Counted from the stretch's first letter, positions 36,252-45,773 are shown. The stretch: 64,000 bases of DNA from Nitrospirota bacterium (GCA_040756135.1 JBFLZS010000007.1:3072-67071); one strand, 5' to 3'. A program made the numbers and translations. Notes: a model not told the origin generated them from the sequence alone.

Positions 36252-36267
36252 TGCAATAATTATGCCT
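36252..36267 (-). promoter_or_regulatory. Weak sigma-54 promoter-like match directly upstream of the TPR gene
   Basis: The minus strand reads AGGCAT aatta TTGCA with correct spacing. The -12 box ends only 12 nt before the ATG, so it would imply a leaderless transcript. Confidence 0.3.
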
Positions 36268-36379
36268 GAGGATAACATCTGGAATTTAAAGTAAATTTTC
36301 TTTTCCTGTCAAAATAATGACTTCCGGGAAGGGCCTATGAAGTTAATAACAGACTCATAATTGAATGTACATTTATTAT

Positions 36380-36486
36380 AAAATCTCCCCTCCCCCCTCT
36401 TTGCCAAAGAGGGGTATTACACACCCCTACACCCCTCAAGAGGGGATTATTCCTCCCTTTGGCAAAGGGAGGTTAGGAGGGATTTT
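36380..36486. repeat. Family B element with an extra internal hairpin
   Basis: As in the other copies, plus an inserted acacacccctacacccctcaagaggggatta. Confidence 0.8.
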
Positions 36487-36493
36487 ATAAATA

Positions 36494-37909
36494 TTATCTG
36501 TGAAACTCTATATTTTTTTTCTTGAGTTTTTCTATGAGGGTTGTCCTGTTTAGCCCTAAAAGTTCTGCGGCCTTGTTTTTTATGCCGCCTGTTTTCTCAA
36601 GTGCACTCTGAATCAACTTCCTCTCCATATTCTCTAACACTGAATTGAGGTTGATCCCGGCATCAGGCAAAACAAATTCTTTGAAGGTGTGATCAGGCGC
36701 CTTTACAAAGTAAGATTCTTTAACCATTTCAATTCCTGTTTCTTCATGAAACTTCTCGGGAAGATCTGAAACCTTCACCACATTACCACTTACAAGAATT
36801 GTAAGTCTCTCTATAAGATTTTCCAGCTCCCTGACATTACCTGGCCACCGGTATTTGAGAAGGCAGTCCAATGCCTCGGAAGAAAACTTAAGTGGTTCCC
36901 TTTTTCTCCGCTTAGAAAATTTGTTAATGAAATGATCTATTAAGAGCGGAATGTCTTCAACCCTTTTTTTCAGTGATGGTATGTGAATTGGTATGACATT
37001 CAGCCTGTAAAATAAATCCTCTCTGAATTTTCCTTCTTTCGTTGCCTTTTCGAGGTCCTTATTCGTTGCCGCAATGATCCTTACGTCTACCTTTATTGTC
37101 TTTACTCCCCCTACACGTTCAAATTCCATCTCCTGTAATACCCTTAATAACTTTGCCTGTAAAGATGGGTCCAATTCGCCTATTTCATCAAGGAAAAGCG
37201 TCCCTTCATGAGCAAGTTCAAAACGACCAGCCCGTGTAGCAATAGCACCGGTAAACGCACCCTTTTCATGGCCAAAGAGTTCAGACTCCAGAAGATCTCT
37301 CGGAATCGCAGCACAATTAAGCGGCACAAAGGGTTTCTGGGAGCGGGAGCTATTATAATGGATAGTCTTTGCAATAAGCTCCTTTCCTGTACCGCTTTTT
37401 CCGGTAATAAAGATTGTACTGTCAGTATCAGCCACCTTTTCTATCATTTCAAACACCTGCTGCATCCGGGGCGAATCACCAATCAATCCTTCGAAGTCAT
37501 ATTTTCTTTTTAGTTGCTTCTTCAGCATGAGATTCTCTCTCTGCAATCTCGATACATTTATAGCCCTGTTTATGATGATCATTAATTCATCAAGCACAAA
37601 AGGCTTTGTGACATAGTCAAAGGCTCCTAATTTCATGGCATCAACTGCAGTCTGGACACTCGCATAAGCAGTAACGACAATGCCCGGCGTGTTTATATTG
37701 AAGGCGCTCAATTCCTTTATGACATCCAATCCACCCATCCCCGGCATGATAAGGTCTATTAAAAAAACATCGAACTTTTCTTTTTTAAGTAAATCTATGC
37801 CGGCTTGACCACCTGAGGCAGTAGTTACTTTATAACCCTTTTCTTCTAAAAAAACCTTTAATGAATCCCTAACCGATTCGTCATCATCAATAATCAGGAT
37901 ATGATTCAT
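36494..37909 (-). CDS. Sigma-54-dependent response regulator (NtrC family)
   Basis: Receiver (ILIIDDDESVRD, IDLIMPGMGG), AAA+ domain (GKSGTGKE, GAFTGA), C-terminal HTH (NKAAELLGLNRTTL). Confidence 0.92.
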   Translation of the reverse strand: MNHILIIDDDESVRDSLKVFLEEKGYKVTTASGGQAGIDLLKKEKFDVFLIDLIMPGMGGLDVIKELSAFNINTPGIVVTAYASVQTAVDAMKLGAFDYVTKPFVLDELMIIINRAINVSRLQRENLMLKKQLKRKYDFEGLIGDSPRMQQVFEMIEKVADTDSTIFITGKSGTGKELIAKTIHYNSSRSQKPFVPLNCAAIPRDLLESELFGHEKGAFTGAIATRAGRFELAHEGTLFLDEIGELDPSLQAKLLRVLQEMEFERVGGVKTIKVDVRIIAATNKDLEKATKEGKFREDLFYRLNVIPIHIPSLKKRVEDIPLLIDHFINKFSKRRKREPLKFSSEALDCLLKYRWPGNVRELENLIERLTILVSGNVVKVSDLPEKFHEETGIEMVKESYFVKAPDHTFKEFVLPDAGINLNSVLENMERKLIQSALEKTGGIKNKAAELLGLNRTTLIEKLKKKNIEFHR

Positions 37910-37963
37910 AAGAACACTATAGAATAATTTGGTCTAACTGTCAATACTTTGACTCTTTTTGAT

Positions 37964-38093
37964 GTCTGTCCATAAATTATGACTTATACAATTAGTCATT
38001 CCCCGACCTGATCGGGGAATCCAGAGTTTTTAATAGGCCATGGATTGTCCGGTCAAGCCGGACAATGACAGAATATGAGTTTATGGACAGACA
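37964..38093. mobile_element. Family A MITE-like element, full length
   Basis: tgtctgtccataaat ... twin hairpins ... gtttatggacagacat. Confidence 0.85.
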
Positions 38094-38146
38094 TTATTTT
38101 ATGCATGAGACATTAATGCTTTCATAATTGAATAGACATTTACCGG

Positions 38147-38287
38147 AAAATCTCCCCTTGCCCCTCTTTACCAAAGAGGGGTATGGTTCGGCAAGCTCAC
38201 CATGACATTTGTCATCCTGAGCCTGTCGAAGGATGGCAAAGGGAGGCTTCTGCGTGAACTCGGCCGAACGCTCAGGAGAAATTTTCC
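38147..38287. repeat. Family B element interrupted by a family C module
   Basis: aaaatctccccttgcccctctttaccaaagaggggtatggt, then tcggcaagctcaccatgacatttgtcatcctgagcctgtcgaaggatg, then gcaaagggagg... Confidence 0.7.
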
Positions 38288-38387
38288 TATGTGGAAATTT
38301 TTTCCTCATATCTTTGAACATTGCTGTTTGACTCTTAACGAGATATTTCAATATTAACAGACTCATAATTGAATGTACATTTATTAT

Positions 38388-38464
38388 AAAATCTCCCCTG
38401 CCCCCTCTTTGCCAAAGAGGGGCTTTATTCCTCCCTTTGGCAAAGGGAGGTTAGGAGGGATTTT
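38388..38464. repeat. Family B double-hairpin element (core)
   Basis: aaaatctcccctgccccctctttgccaaagaggggctttattcctccctttggcaaagggaggttaggagggatttt. Confidence 0.85.
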
Positions 38465-38547
38465 GTAAAACTAATGTAGTTATTATTATGAGAACATTAA
38501 TAAGTTCCATTTTTTACGAACGTATCTATTATGTATCTTTTTCAGAT

Positions 38548-38563
38548 TGGCATATCGATTGCA
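38548..38563 (+). promoter_or_regulatory. Sigma-54 promoter upstream of motAB
   Basis: TGGCAT atcga TTGCA: consensus spacing, with GG and GC both present. Lies 195 nt upstream of the motA ATG. Confidence 0.65.
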
Positions 38564-38648
38564 AAAGAGCAGGCATTCCACACAAAATAATGTCAAAAGT
38601 TTTATGGAAAAAGAGAGGAAATATGAAACCACAGAAAAAGAATTTCAC

Positions 38649-38716
38649 CACAGAGCACACAGAGAAAAAGATTTTTAAGTTTTTAAAAACCTCTGTGAAC
38701 TCTGTGTTCTCTGTGG
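38649..38716. repeat. Family D hairpin (cacagag type) in the motA leader
   Basis: cacagagcacacagagaaaaagatttttaagtttttaaaaacctctgtgaactctgtgttctctgtgg. Confidence 0.7.
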
Positions 38717-38757
38717 TTAGTTTTGACAATACGGCTTATTAAAAACGGAGGATTATC

Positions 38758-39561
38758 ATGAATATTATTTTAGGCGCCATCTTTTCAATAGGGACACTTT
38801 TTCTCCTCATGTCAATCTTTAAAGGTGTCGGACTGGATATGCTTTTGAATACGAATGCCCTTTTAATAATCTTTGGGGGTATAACCGTAGCATTGTTTGT
38901 CGGGTTTCCGTCCCAAAGGATACTCAATGCCGCATACGATATCATCGCTGCATTTAAGGACAGAAGGGACAGGGAGGTTCTTATAAAAGATATCCTTGAT
39001 ATAGCGAGAATATATAGAAAGGCGGATATCCGAAATTTAGAGAGCAGAATCCCAAGGATTGATGACGATTTCTTGCGTCTTGGCGTCAATCTCCTCATAA
39101 ACCATAATAGTAACGATGACATTAGAAGCATTATGGAAAGAGAGATGATGATCAGACTGGTCAATTATAATCTCAGTCAGAACATTCTCAAAACTGTCGC
39201 ACGGCTTGCTCCATCATTAGGGCTTGCAGGCACCATTATAAGTCTTATCAGCATGTTTAAGAATTTCCAGTCTGTTGATACAATCGCTCCTTTAATGTCC
39301 ATTGCCCTCATGTCCACATTTTACGGTGTGATCATCTCAAACCTTTTCGCATTACCTCTGTGCGCTAAATTGAAAGAGAAGGCTATTATTTCTGAAACGC
39401 TGATGAACTTAACGATAGAAGGTATTCTTGCTGTTAATACTATGGAACACCCTTTAAAAATTAAAGATCGGCTTAGCGGGCGTAATGACTTCCTTGAAAT
39501 AGGCTTGCAGAGAGTAAAAGATAAACTGCCTTTGGCCGATGCCAGCAGTATATCACAATGA
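38758..39561 (+). CDS. motA: Flagellar stator protein MotA (MotA/TolQ/ExbB channel family)
   Basis: Four-TM layout, C-terminal LAPSLGLAGTIISLI..ALMSTFYGVIISNLFALPL. Followed by motB. Confidence 0.9.
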   Translation: MNIILGAIFSIGTLFLLMSIFKGVGLDMLLNTNALLIIFGGITVALFVGFPSQRILNAAYDIIAAFKDRRDREVLIKDILDIARIYRKADIRNLESRIPRIDDDFLRLGVNLLINHNSNDDIRSIMEREMMIRLVNYNLSQNILKTVARLAPSLGLAGTIISLISMFKNFQSVDTIAPLMSIALMSTFYGVIISNLFALPLCAKLKEKAIISETLMNLTIEGILAVNTMEHPLKIKDRLSGRNDFLEIGLQRVKDKLPLADASSISQ

Positions 39562-39605
39562 AACATTCATGTCTCAAAGAGACTCAAATGATGATAAAAA
39601 TTTGT

Positions 39606-39650
39606 AATCCCCCACTCCCCCCCTTTAGAAAAGGGGGGGAGTGGGGGATT
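39606..39650. repeat. Family B-prime 45-bp palindrome, non-coding copy in the motA-motB spacer
   Basis: aatcccccactcccccctttagaaaagggggggagtgggggatt. Confidence 0.85.
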
Positions 39651-39701
39651 TGAGGTATTTTCAGGTGAAATTTTCGGACTGAATGTTGAGAGGTATGCAT
39701 A

Positions 39702-40418
39702 ATGAAAACGTCACATGATAATTCCAGAATACGTTCACATATCTCCCCGTATAAAAGACTCATAAAGGATTCACTCATACATACCGATAATGACAGTAAT
39801 TGGCTTATCACTTTAAGCGATGTCATGTCCCTCCTGCTTGTATTTTTTATTATGTTCCATTTTATGAGTAAAGGCTTTGTCAAAGAAAATCAATCTCAGA
39901 AAAAGAATGGCACAAATGTGGTTTTGAACAATACCATGCCACAGCATGTTCCTGCAGATACAATTGAAAAGATTAAAAATGAAATGGACTCCGCAATAAA
40001 AGACCTTAATCTAAGAGAAGATGTATATATTCAAACAGTCAATAAAGAGATAATTATTACGATGAAAGAGAAGGTTACTTTCAGTCCGGCTGAGGCTGAA
40101 ATACTCAAGGATTTAGAGCCGATGCTCGATAAAATTGCAATGACCATAAAAAGGTATCCTTCCTTTGTTGTCGAAATTGATGGTCATACTGACAATGTTC
40201 CTATTAACACACCACGTTATCCGTCCAACTGGGAACTTTCTGTGGCTCGTGCTGCAAGTGTGTTAAAATACTTCATCCATCAACACGACATTGAATCTTC
40301 ACGATTGTACATTAGAGGCAATGCCGATCAGAGACCACTGACAACGAATGATTCACCTGAACAAAGGGCACAGAACAGAAGGGTCGAAATCAGACTCAAG
40401 GAATCCGAATCTTTCTGA
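39702..40418 (+). CDS. motB: Flagellar stator protein MotB (OmpA-like C-domain)
   Basis: NWLITLSDVMSLLLVFFIM with the conserved Asp. C-terminal OmpA-like GHTDNVPI..NWELSVARAASV..NRRVEI. Confidence 0.9.
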   Translation: MKTSHDNSRIRSHISPYKRLIKDSLIHTDNDSNWLITLSDVMSLLLVFFIMFHFMSKGFVKENQSQKKNGTNVVLNNTMPQHVPADTIEKIKNEMDSAIKDLNLREDVYIQTVNKEIIITMKEKVTFSPAEAEILKDLEPMLDKIAMTIKRYPSFVVEIDGHTDNVPINTPRYPSNWELSVARAASVLKYFIHQHDIESSRLYIRGNADQRPLTTNDSPEQRAQNRRVEIRLKESESF

Positions 40419-40527
40419 AAGAATGAAAGCAATTCGAAATTATAGACAAATCTGAAAAATTCCGATATACTGTACTAAATTAAGACCAAAAGGAAAAATA
40501 AAAGATCAGGGGAAAGGAGTTAGAAAA

Positions 40528-41256
40528 ATGATTAAAAAAAATTGTTTTATTTCTGCAATTCTTTTATTCTCTTTTATCTTCACGAATTTTATCCCTACAA
40601 CACAGGTCTTAGCTTATGAACCTCTGGCATTTGGAGAGATTAAGGTTTCAGGAGAAGTTATGATTGAATCCTCAACCGGTAGTTGGATGAGACTTCAGGA
40701 CGTTTACCCGCTTCTTAAGAACACAAAACTAAAGACAGGAGATGGGGTTGCTATTATTAATACGAAGAATGGATCAATTATTAACCTTTCAAAAAATACA
40801 GAGGCTACTATTGAACCACTAAATGAAGGCTATACTTCCAATCTTGAAAAAGGAACCCTGTCTTTTAATATTAATATTACTTCCAATACATCACTTACTA
40901 TTATTACACCTCATGCGACTGTTTCAGCGGTCCCGAATCCCTCAAGTATTAAGGGGATAGTCTTATGCAGTAACAAAGGGACCGAAGTCAGGAGTATCTC
41001 TGGAAAAATAAATGTGAGCTTTCACGGCTTACCACCGAAAGCTCTGAATACAGGCGAACACCTGTTTGTCTCCTCTGAGACATCATGGGAGACGGCAACA
41101 GCAGCAACTGTACCAGCAACAGGCACGGAAGCGGGCATGGGAATCCACACCATAATCGCAACCGGATTAGTAGTCTCAGGCGGTCTCTTTATTGCTGTGG
41201 AGATGTTTCGTGAAGAAGACGTCGCAAGCCCATCTTCACCATCATTTCGATTTTAA
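40528..41256 (+). CDS. Secreted FecR-like-domain protein with C-terminal TM segment
   Basis: Signal peptide, a FecR-like stretch (KLKTGDGVAIINTKNGSIINLSKNTEATI), and a hydrophobic IIATGLVVSGGLFIAV near the C-terminus. Confidence 0.55.
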   Translation: MIKKNCFISAILLFSFIFTNFIPTTQVLAYEPLAFGEIKVSGEVMIESSTGSWMRLQDVYPLLKNTKLKTGDGVAIINTKNGSIINLSKNTEATIEPLNEGYTSNLEKGTLSFNINITSNTSLTIITPHATVSAVPNPSSIKGIVLCSNKGTEVRSISGKINVSFHGLPPKALNTGEHLFVSSETSWETATAATVPATGTEAGMGIHTIIATGLVVSGGLFIAVEMFREEDVASPSSPSFRF

Positions 41257-41293
41257 GATTATATTTGAGCCTGTTGCACAAATATAATGAGTA

Positions 41294-42298
41294 ATGGATA
41301 AGAGGCATTTTATTATATCTCTTGCCCTTTCTTTAATTCTTTTCATATACGGCTGTGCCACTAATTATGCCGCGAATACGCCGTTTATTGTTGATCCTGC
41401 CATAAAAAACAAGACATATAAATTAAATGAGGCAATAATGCTCAGTGCCTCACCAAAGACTGCCCTTATGGAGGATTATCAAATCGGGCCCGAGGATGTC
41501 ATCGAGATAGAGGCATATAATGTTGAAGAGCTTAAAAAGACTGTTAGGGTTAACTCTAACGGGGAGATCGCTCTCCCCCTCGTTGGCATTATCAAGGCGG
41601 AAGGCATGACGACCCCTGAACTTGAGAAGGTAATCACTGAAAGACTCGAAAGGTATGTTGAAGAGACTGTTGTTACCGTTTTTGTAAAAGAGTATAGGAG
41701 TCATAGGATATCCGTTTTAGGGGCAGTAAAAAATCCTCAACTATATGCTGTAACCGGCCAGAGACACCTTATAGATATGCTAATGATGGCAGGAGGTCTC
41801 AATGAAGAAGCCGGGAATAAATGTTATGTTATCCGGCCAGCGATGCAAAATTCACCCGAAAGCCGGGCAGGGACGATCGTGATCGATCTCAATGAACTCC
41901 TGATTAACGGCAATTTCGCTCTGAATATTCCTGTCTTTGCCGGGGATGTAATCAATGTGCCGAGAGGAGGGACTGTCTTTGTTGAAGGGGCCGTAAAAAA
42001 ACCAGGTGTATTCAATATGCATGGCAAGACAACCCTCGTCCAGGCAATTGCCATGGCCCAGGGATTGGACTCAGGCGCCCAACTTAACGATATCAGGATA
42101 TTCAGGGATAATGATAAAGGAGAAAGGGATGTCATTGCTGCAGACTACGAGGCAATTATGAGAGGAGAAAATCCAGATATTCTCATTGTAGAGAATGACA
42201 TTATAGTCGTGCCAAAAGGCGGTGTTAAAAACTTTTTTAGCGGCTTTATTAGCGCTATTAAAGGGTTAATATACTTCACACCAATACCTTTGTTTTAA
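41294..42298 (+). CDS. wza: Polysaccharide export outer-membrane lipoprotein (Wza family)
   Basis: Lipobox LFIYGC. Poly_export motif (YQIGPEDVIEIE..NSNGEIALPLVGIIKAEGMT..ELE) and SLBB-like repeats. Confidence 0.88.
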   Translation: MDKRHFIISLALSLILFIYGCATNYAANTPFIVDPAIKNKTYKLNEAIMLSASPKTALMEDYQIGPEDVIEIEAYNVEELKKTVRVNSNGEIALPLVGIIKAEGMTTPELEKVITERLERYVEETVVTVFVKEYRSHRISVLGAVKNPQLYAVTGQRHLIDMLMMAGGLNEEAGNKCYVIRPAMQNSPESRAGTIVIDLNELLINGNFALNIPVFAGDVINVPRGGTVFVEGAVKKPGVFNMHGKTTLVQAIAMAQGLDSGAQLNDIRIFRDNDKGERDVIAADYEAIMRGENPDILIVENDIIVVPKGGVKNFFSGFISAIKGLIYFTPIPLF

Positions 42299-42307
42299 AG
42301 AGTTAAA

Positions 42308-44536
42308 ATGGAAGAAAATAACAACATAGACAAAACAAGGGCTCTCGATAAACCCCGCCAGCATCCTTTAACGTCGCCCCAACCCTTATATTATCCGCCT
42401 GATCCAGAAGAAGAAGTACATCTCAGGGATTATCTTTATGTCCTGTTAAGGCGGAAGTGGATTATAATCACATTCCTATTAGTCATAGTTACAACTGTAA
42501 CAATCGGCACATTCTTAAAGAAACCTACATACAAGTCCATGATAACGATGAAGATCGAAAGAGAAAAACCTAATTTTGTTGTCTCTGAGGGCGTTGTAGG
42601 GGTTGATATGAGTGAAGAAAACTATTTCCAGACACAGTGTAAAGTGCTTAAGTCCAGAAACCTCGCAAAACGTGTTATCCGCTCGCTGGGGCTCAATACT
42701 AACCCTGAATTTGCCCGGGATCCGAAAAATAAAAAAACTGAATCTGATAATAGCAATTTTTTAGACGATAACACGCTATCAGAAGAAGAGATTGACCAGT
42801 CACTAATTAATACATTTATTGACAGGGTTGATGTTAATCCCGTCCAGAGATCAAGCCTTGTTAATGTTAGCTTTATATCATATAGTCCGGAACTTGCGGC
42901 AAAGGTTGCAAACTCAATTGGTGAGTCCTTTATCGACCTGAATATAGAATCGAGGTTCGAGGCAACCCACAAGGCCAGAGAGTGGCTTCAGGGGCAGATA
43001 GATGTCATGAAGGCAAAGCTTGAGCAGGCAGAAGAAAAGCTCAATGAATATGCCTCAAAACACGGTATTATCTTCCTTGAAGAAAATGAAAAAGGTGTTG
43101 AAGGTGAAAACATAATTACAAAAAGGCTCTCTGAGCTTTCAACCAGCCTTACGAGTGCAACAGCAGAGAGAATGAACAGGGAGGCCATCTACAATACAGT
43201 TCGCTCTGGAGACCATGAATCAAGCACTGTTGTGATGAGCGACCCACTGATTGTGGAGCTTAAAAAGACACTGGCAACACTCGAATCTGAATATAACCAG
43301 AATTTAAAGACATATAAGCCTGAATATCCCAAGATGGTAAGACTCAATAAACAGATTAACCATATAAAAAAGAAAATGGATTCCGAGACCAAAAAGATTG
43401 TTACGAGTGTAAAAAAAGATTATGAGACTGCTTTAAAGAGAGAAAAATATTTAAGATCTGAACTCGAGGCTCAAAAGAAAGAGGCGCTTAACCTGAAAGA
43501 TCTCTCCGTCCAGTATCAAATACTCAAAAGAGAGGTTGACACAAACAGGGAGCTTTACAATGGACTTCTCCAGAGGCTTAAAGAGACAGGTGTCTCTGAA
43601 ACCCTGAGGGAAAGTAACGTACAGGTGATCGACAGGGCGGAGGTTCCAAAATCACCGTACAAGCCAAATAAACGCCTGAACATCCTTCTATCAATAATAG
43701 TTGGCCTTTTTGGGGGTATCGGGCTGGCTTTTTTTGTTGAGTATCTTGATAATACAATCAAGACGCCTGAGGATGTGGAAAAAAGGGCATTCCTTCCATC
43801 ACTCGGTTTTATTCCCTCCTACACAGCTAAGGAAGAAAATCTCCCTGTAGAGTATATTACCCATACAGATAGCAAAAGCCCCATTTCAGAAGCCTACCGC
43901 ACGCTAAGGACATTAATACTTCTCTCAACAGGTGGCAGGCCACCAAGGGTTATAGCGATAACAAGTCCGGAAAGTGAAGAAGGTAAGACCACAACAGCAA
44001 TAAACACAGCCATCAGTCTTGCAAAATCAAATACAAAGGTAATAATCATAGATGCAGATATGCGAAAGCCGAGGCTTCACAAAATCTTCGACATCGAAAA
44101 TACCACAGGCATTTCAACTTACCTTTCAGGCATTGAGGAGTTTAGAGAAGATTCGATAAAAGAAACGGATATACAAAACTTGCATATCATTACATCAGGC
44201 CCTACACCGCCGAATCCTGCAGAGCTTTTAAGCTCGCACAGATTAAGGGAGCTCATAAATAGCCTTTATCTTTATAACTTTATCATCTTTGATACCTCTC
44301 CTGTAATCGGTCTCCCTGATACCCTTATTCTCAGCTCCCAGACAGATGGGGTCATCTTAGTTGCTAAATCCGGGAAGACAACAAAAGAGGCTACCCTCGA
44401 GGCAAGGAAAATGCTTGAGGCTGTTAATGTAAAAATACTGGGGGTTGTGCTCAACTCAGTAGACCAGTCAATCGTGAGATACAAGCACTACTACAACTAC
44501 TACAGACACTACTATGGTGGTGAAGAGAATAAATAA
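42308..44536 (+). CDS. wzc: Polysaccharide co-polymerase / tyrosine autokinase (Wzc family)
   Basis: Wzz-like N-domain with two TMs and a long coiled coil. Walker A SPESEEGKTTTAIN. C-terminal Tyr cluster YKHYYNYYRHYYGG. Confidence 0.9.
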   Translation: MEENNNIDKTRALDKPRQHPLTSPQPLYYPPDPEEEVHLRDYLYVLLRRKWIIITFLLVIVTTVTIGTFLKKPTYKSMITMKIEREKPNFVVSEGVVGVDMSEENYFQTQCKVLKSRNLAKRVIRSLGLNTNPEFARDPKNKKTESDNSNFLDDNTLSEEEIDQSLINTFIDRVDVNPVQRSSLVNVSFISYSPELAAKVANSIGESFIDLNIESRFEATHKAREWLQGQIDVMKAKLEQAEEKLNEYASKHGIIFLEENEKGVEGENIITKRLSELSTSLTSATAERMNREAIYNTVRSGDHESSTVVMSDPLIVELKKTLATLESEYNQNLKTYKPEYPKMVRLNKQINHIKKKMDSETKKIVTSVKKDYETALKREKYLRSELEAQKKEALNLKDLSVQYQILKREVDTNRELYNGLLQRLKETGVSETLRESNVQVIDRAEVPKSPYKPNKRLNILLSIIVGLFGGIGLAFFVEYLDNTIKTPEDVEKRAFLPSLGFIPSYTAKEENLPVEYITHTDSKSPISEAYRTLRTLILLSTGGRPPRVIAITSPESEEGKTTTAINTAISLAKSNTKVIIIDADMRKPRLHKIFDIENTTGISTYLSGIEEFREDSIKETDIQNLHIITSGPTPPNPAELLSSHRLRELINSLYLYNFIIFDTSPVIGLPDTLILSSQTDGVILVAKSGKTTKEATLEARKMLEAVNVKILGVVLNSVDQSIVRYKHYYNYYRHYYGGEENK

Positions 44537-45773
44537 TCGCTTAAATCTCTTAATAACCTTAATCGCATTCTTTCTTTGCCCTCTACTACTCTATTTTGCT
44601 TTTAAACCCCTGTTAGGTGAGATATCGTTCAGAAAAATGAACGAAAAAGGACTGCTTTCAGCAGCCTCCTTTGATAGCAGGAATGCAACTTATCAGTATA
44701 TACTCGGCAGGTTCTACCATTATAGCAGCGAGAACTCCGACCTTAATAAGGCAATCGGTTATTACATAAATTCTATACGGCTGAGTCCACTTCAGGCAGG
44801 ATGCTGGCTTGACCTCTCCAAGGCATACCTGGCTACAGGGCTAACAAATGATGCAGAGGATGCTTTAGAAAGGGCCATAAGTCTCACTCCAAAAAACCCT
44901 GATGTAATGTGGGAGGCTGGGATTTTTTATTTGTTAACCGGCAGTCCAGACATGGCAGTAAAGGCACTAAAAAGATTTATCCTTCTTAAACCTGAAAGGC
45001 AGGAGATTGTTTATGATATGTTCTGGAAGCTTCGGCTTGAACCTCACTATATTCTCACAAATCTTATACCTAATTCATATCCTTATTACAAGGGATACCT
45101 CATTTACCTTATCTCTACAGAGAGAATCATGGAGTCAAAAGAGCTCTGGAAAAGAATGGAGATATTACCGAAGGAGGATGAATTATTTTTACGGTATACA
45201 GACTTCCTTATCTCTAAACATCTCTACGACAAGGCGGAGAAGATCTGGAAGGATTTTACAGATAAAAGATTTACAAAAGGTGAAGAGGACAGTCCTTCTT
45301 TTATATGGAACGGCAGCTTTGAGCTGGATGTACAGAACAGCGGCTTTGACTGGAAGGTTGGCAAGGCAAAGGGCGTCAAAGTGTTTTTAGACAGAGATAT
45401 TCATCTATCCGGAGAACGTTCATTTGGGGTAATATTTGATGGAACCGAGAATCCAGATATAACGATTGCGTCACAGGTTGTCAGGGTCATTCCCGGAACT
45501 ACATATTTACTTACCGGATACATCAAGACCGATTCTATCACAACTACTAATGGTCTGTTTCTCTCGGCTACAGGTCATGATTGTAAGAGTTTATATAAAA
45601 AATCCGATGTGGTAACAGGCACAAACCTCTGGAGGGAGCTTAGCATCGAGGTTGAAACCCCTCCTGATTGTAGCGCAATATCTGTAAATATAAGAAGAGA
45701 AAAGTCTTACAAGCTCGACAACAAAATAAGTGGAATTGCATGGATAGACAAAATAAACCTGATTCAAAGATAG
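44514..45773 (+). CDS. Membrane-anchored TPR protein with C-terminal carbohydrate-binding-like beta domain
   Basis: N-terminal TM and TPR motifs. The C-terminal IWNGSFE..GFDW..G.....L.GYIKT pattern resembles CBM4/9-type jelly rolls. Confidence 0.65.
   Translation: MVVKRINNRLNLLITLIAFFLCPLLLYFAFKPLLGEISFRKMNEKGLLSAASFDSRNATYQYILGRFYHYSSENSDLNKAIGYYINSIRLSPLQAGCWLDLSKAYLATGLTNDAEDALERAISLTPKNPDVMWEAGIFYLLTGSPDMAVKALKRFILLKPERQEIVYDMFWKLRLEPHYILTNLIPNSYPYYKGYLIYLISTERIMESKELWKRMEILPKEDELFLRYTDFLISKHLYDKAEKIWKDFTDKRFTKGEEDSPSFIWNGSFELDVQNSGFDWKVGKAKGVKVFLDRDIHLSGERSFGVIFDGTENPDITIASQVVRVIPGTTYLLTGYIKTDSITTTNGLFLSATGHDCKSLYKKSDVVTGTNLWRELSIEVETPPDCSAISVNIRREKSYKLDNKISGIAWIDKINLIQR

Noticed and set aside
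57-38464. Possibility that the abundant direct and inverted repeats represent a CRISPR array.
   Set aside because: The copies are dispersed across 38 kb in intergenic gaps, with no regular repeat-spacer periodicity and no cas genes.
38488-38742. Plus-strand ORF 38488-38742 upstream of motA.
   Set aside because: It spans the sigma-54 promoter match and the family D hairpin (..TEHTEKK..SVNSVFSVV..), with no RBS. It is more likely leader RNA.
40442-40468. Sigma-28-like -10 box TCCGATAT upstream of the FecR-like gene.
   Set aside because: No acceptable TAAA -35 element at 15-16 nt (atag/tata), so this is probably chance.
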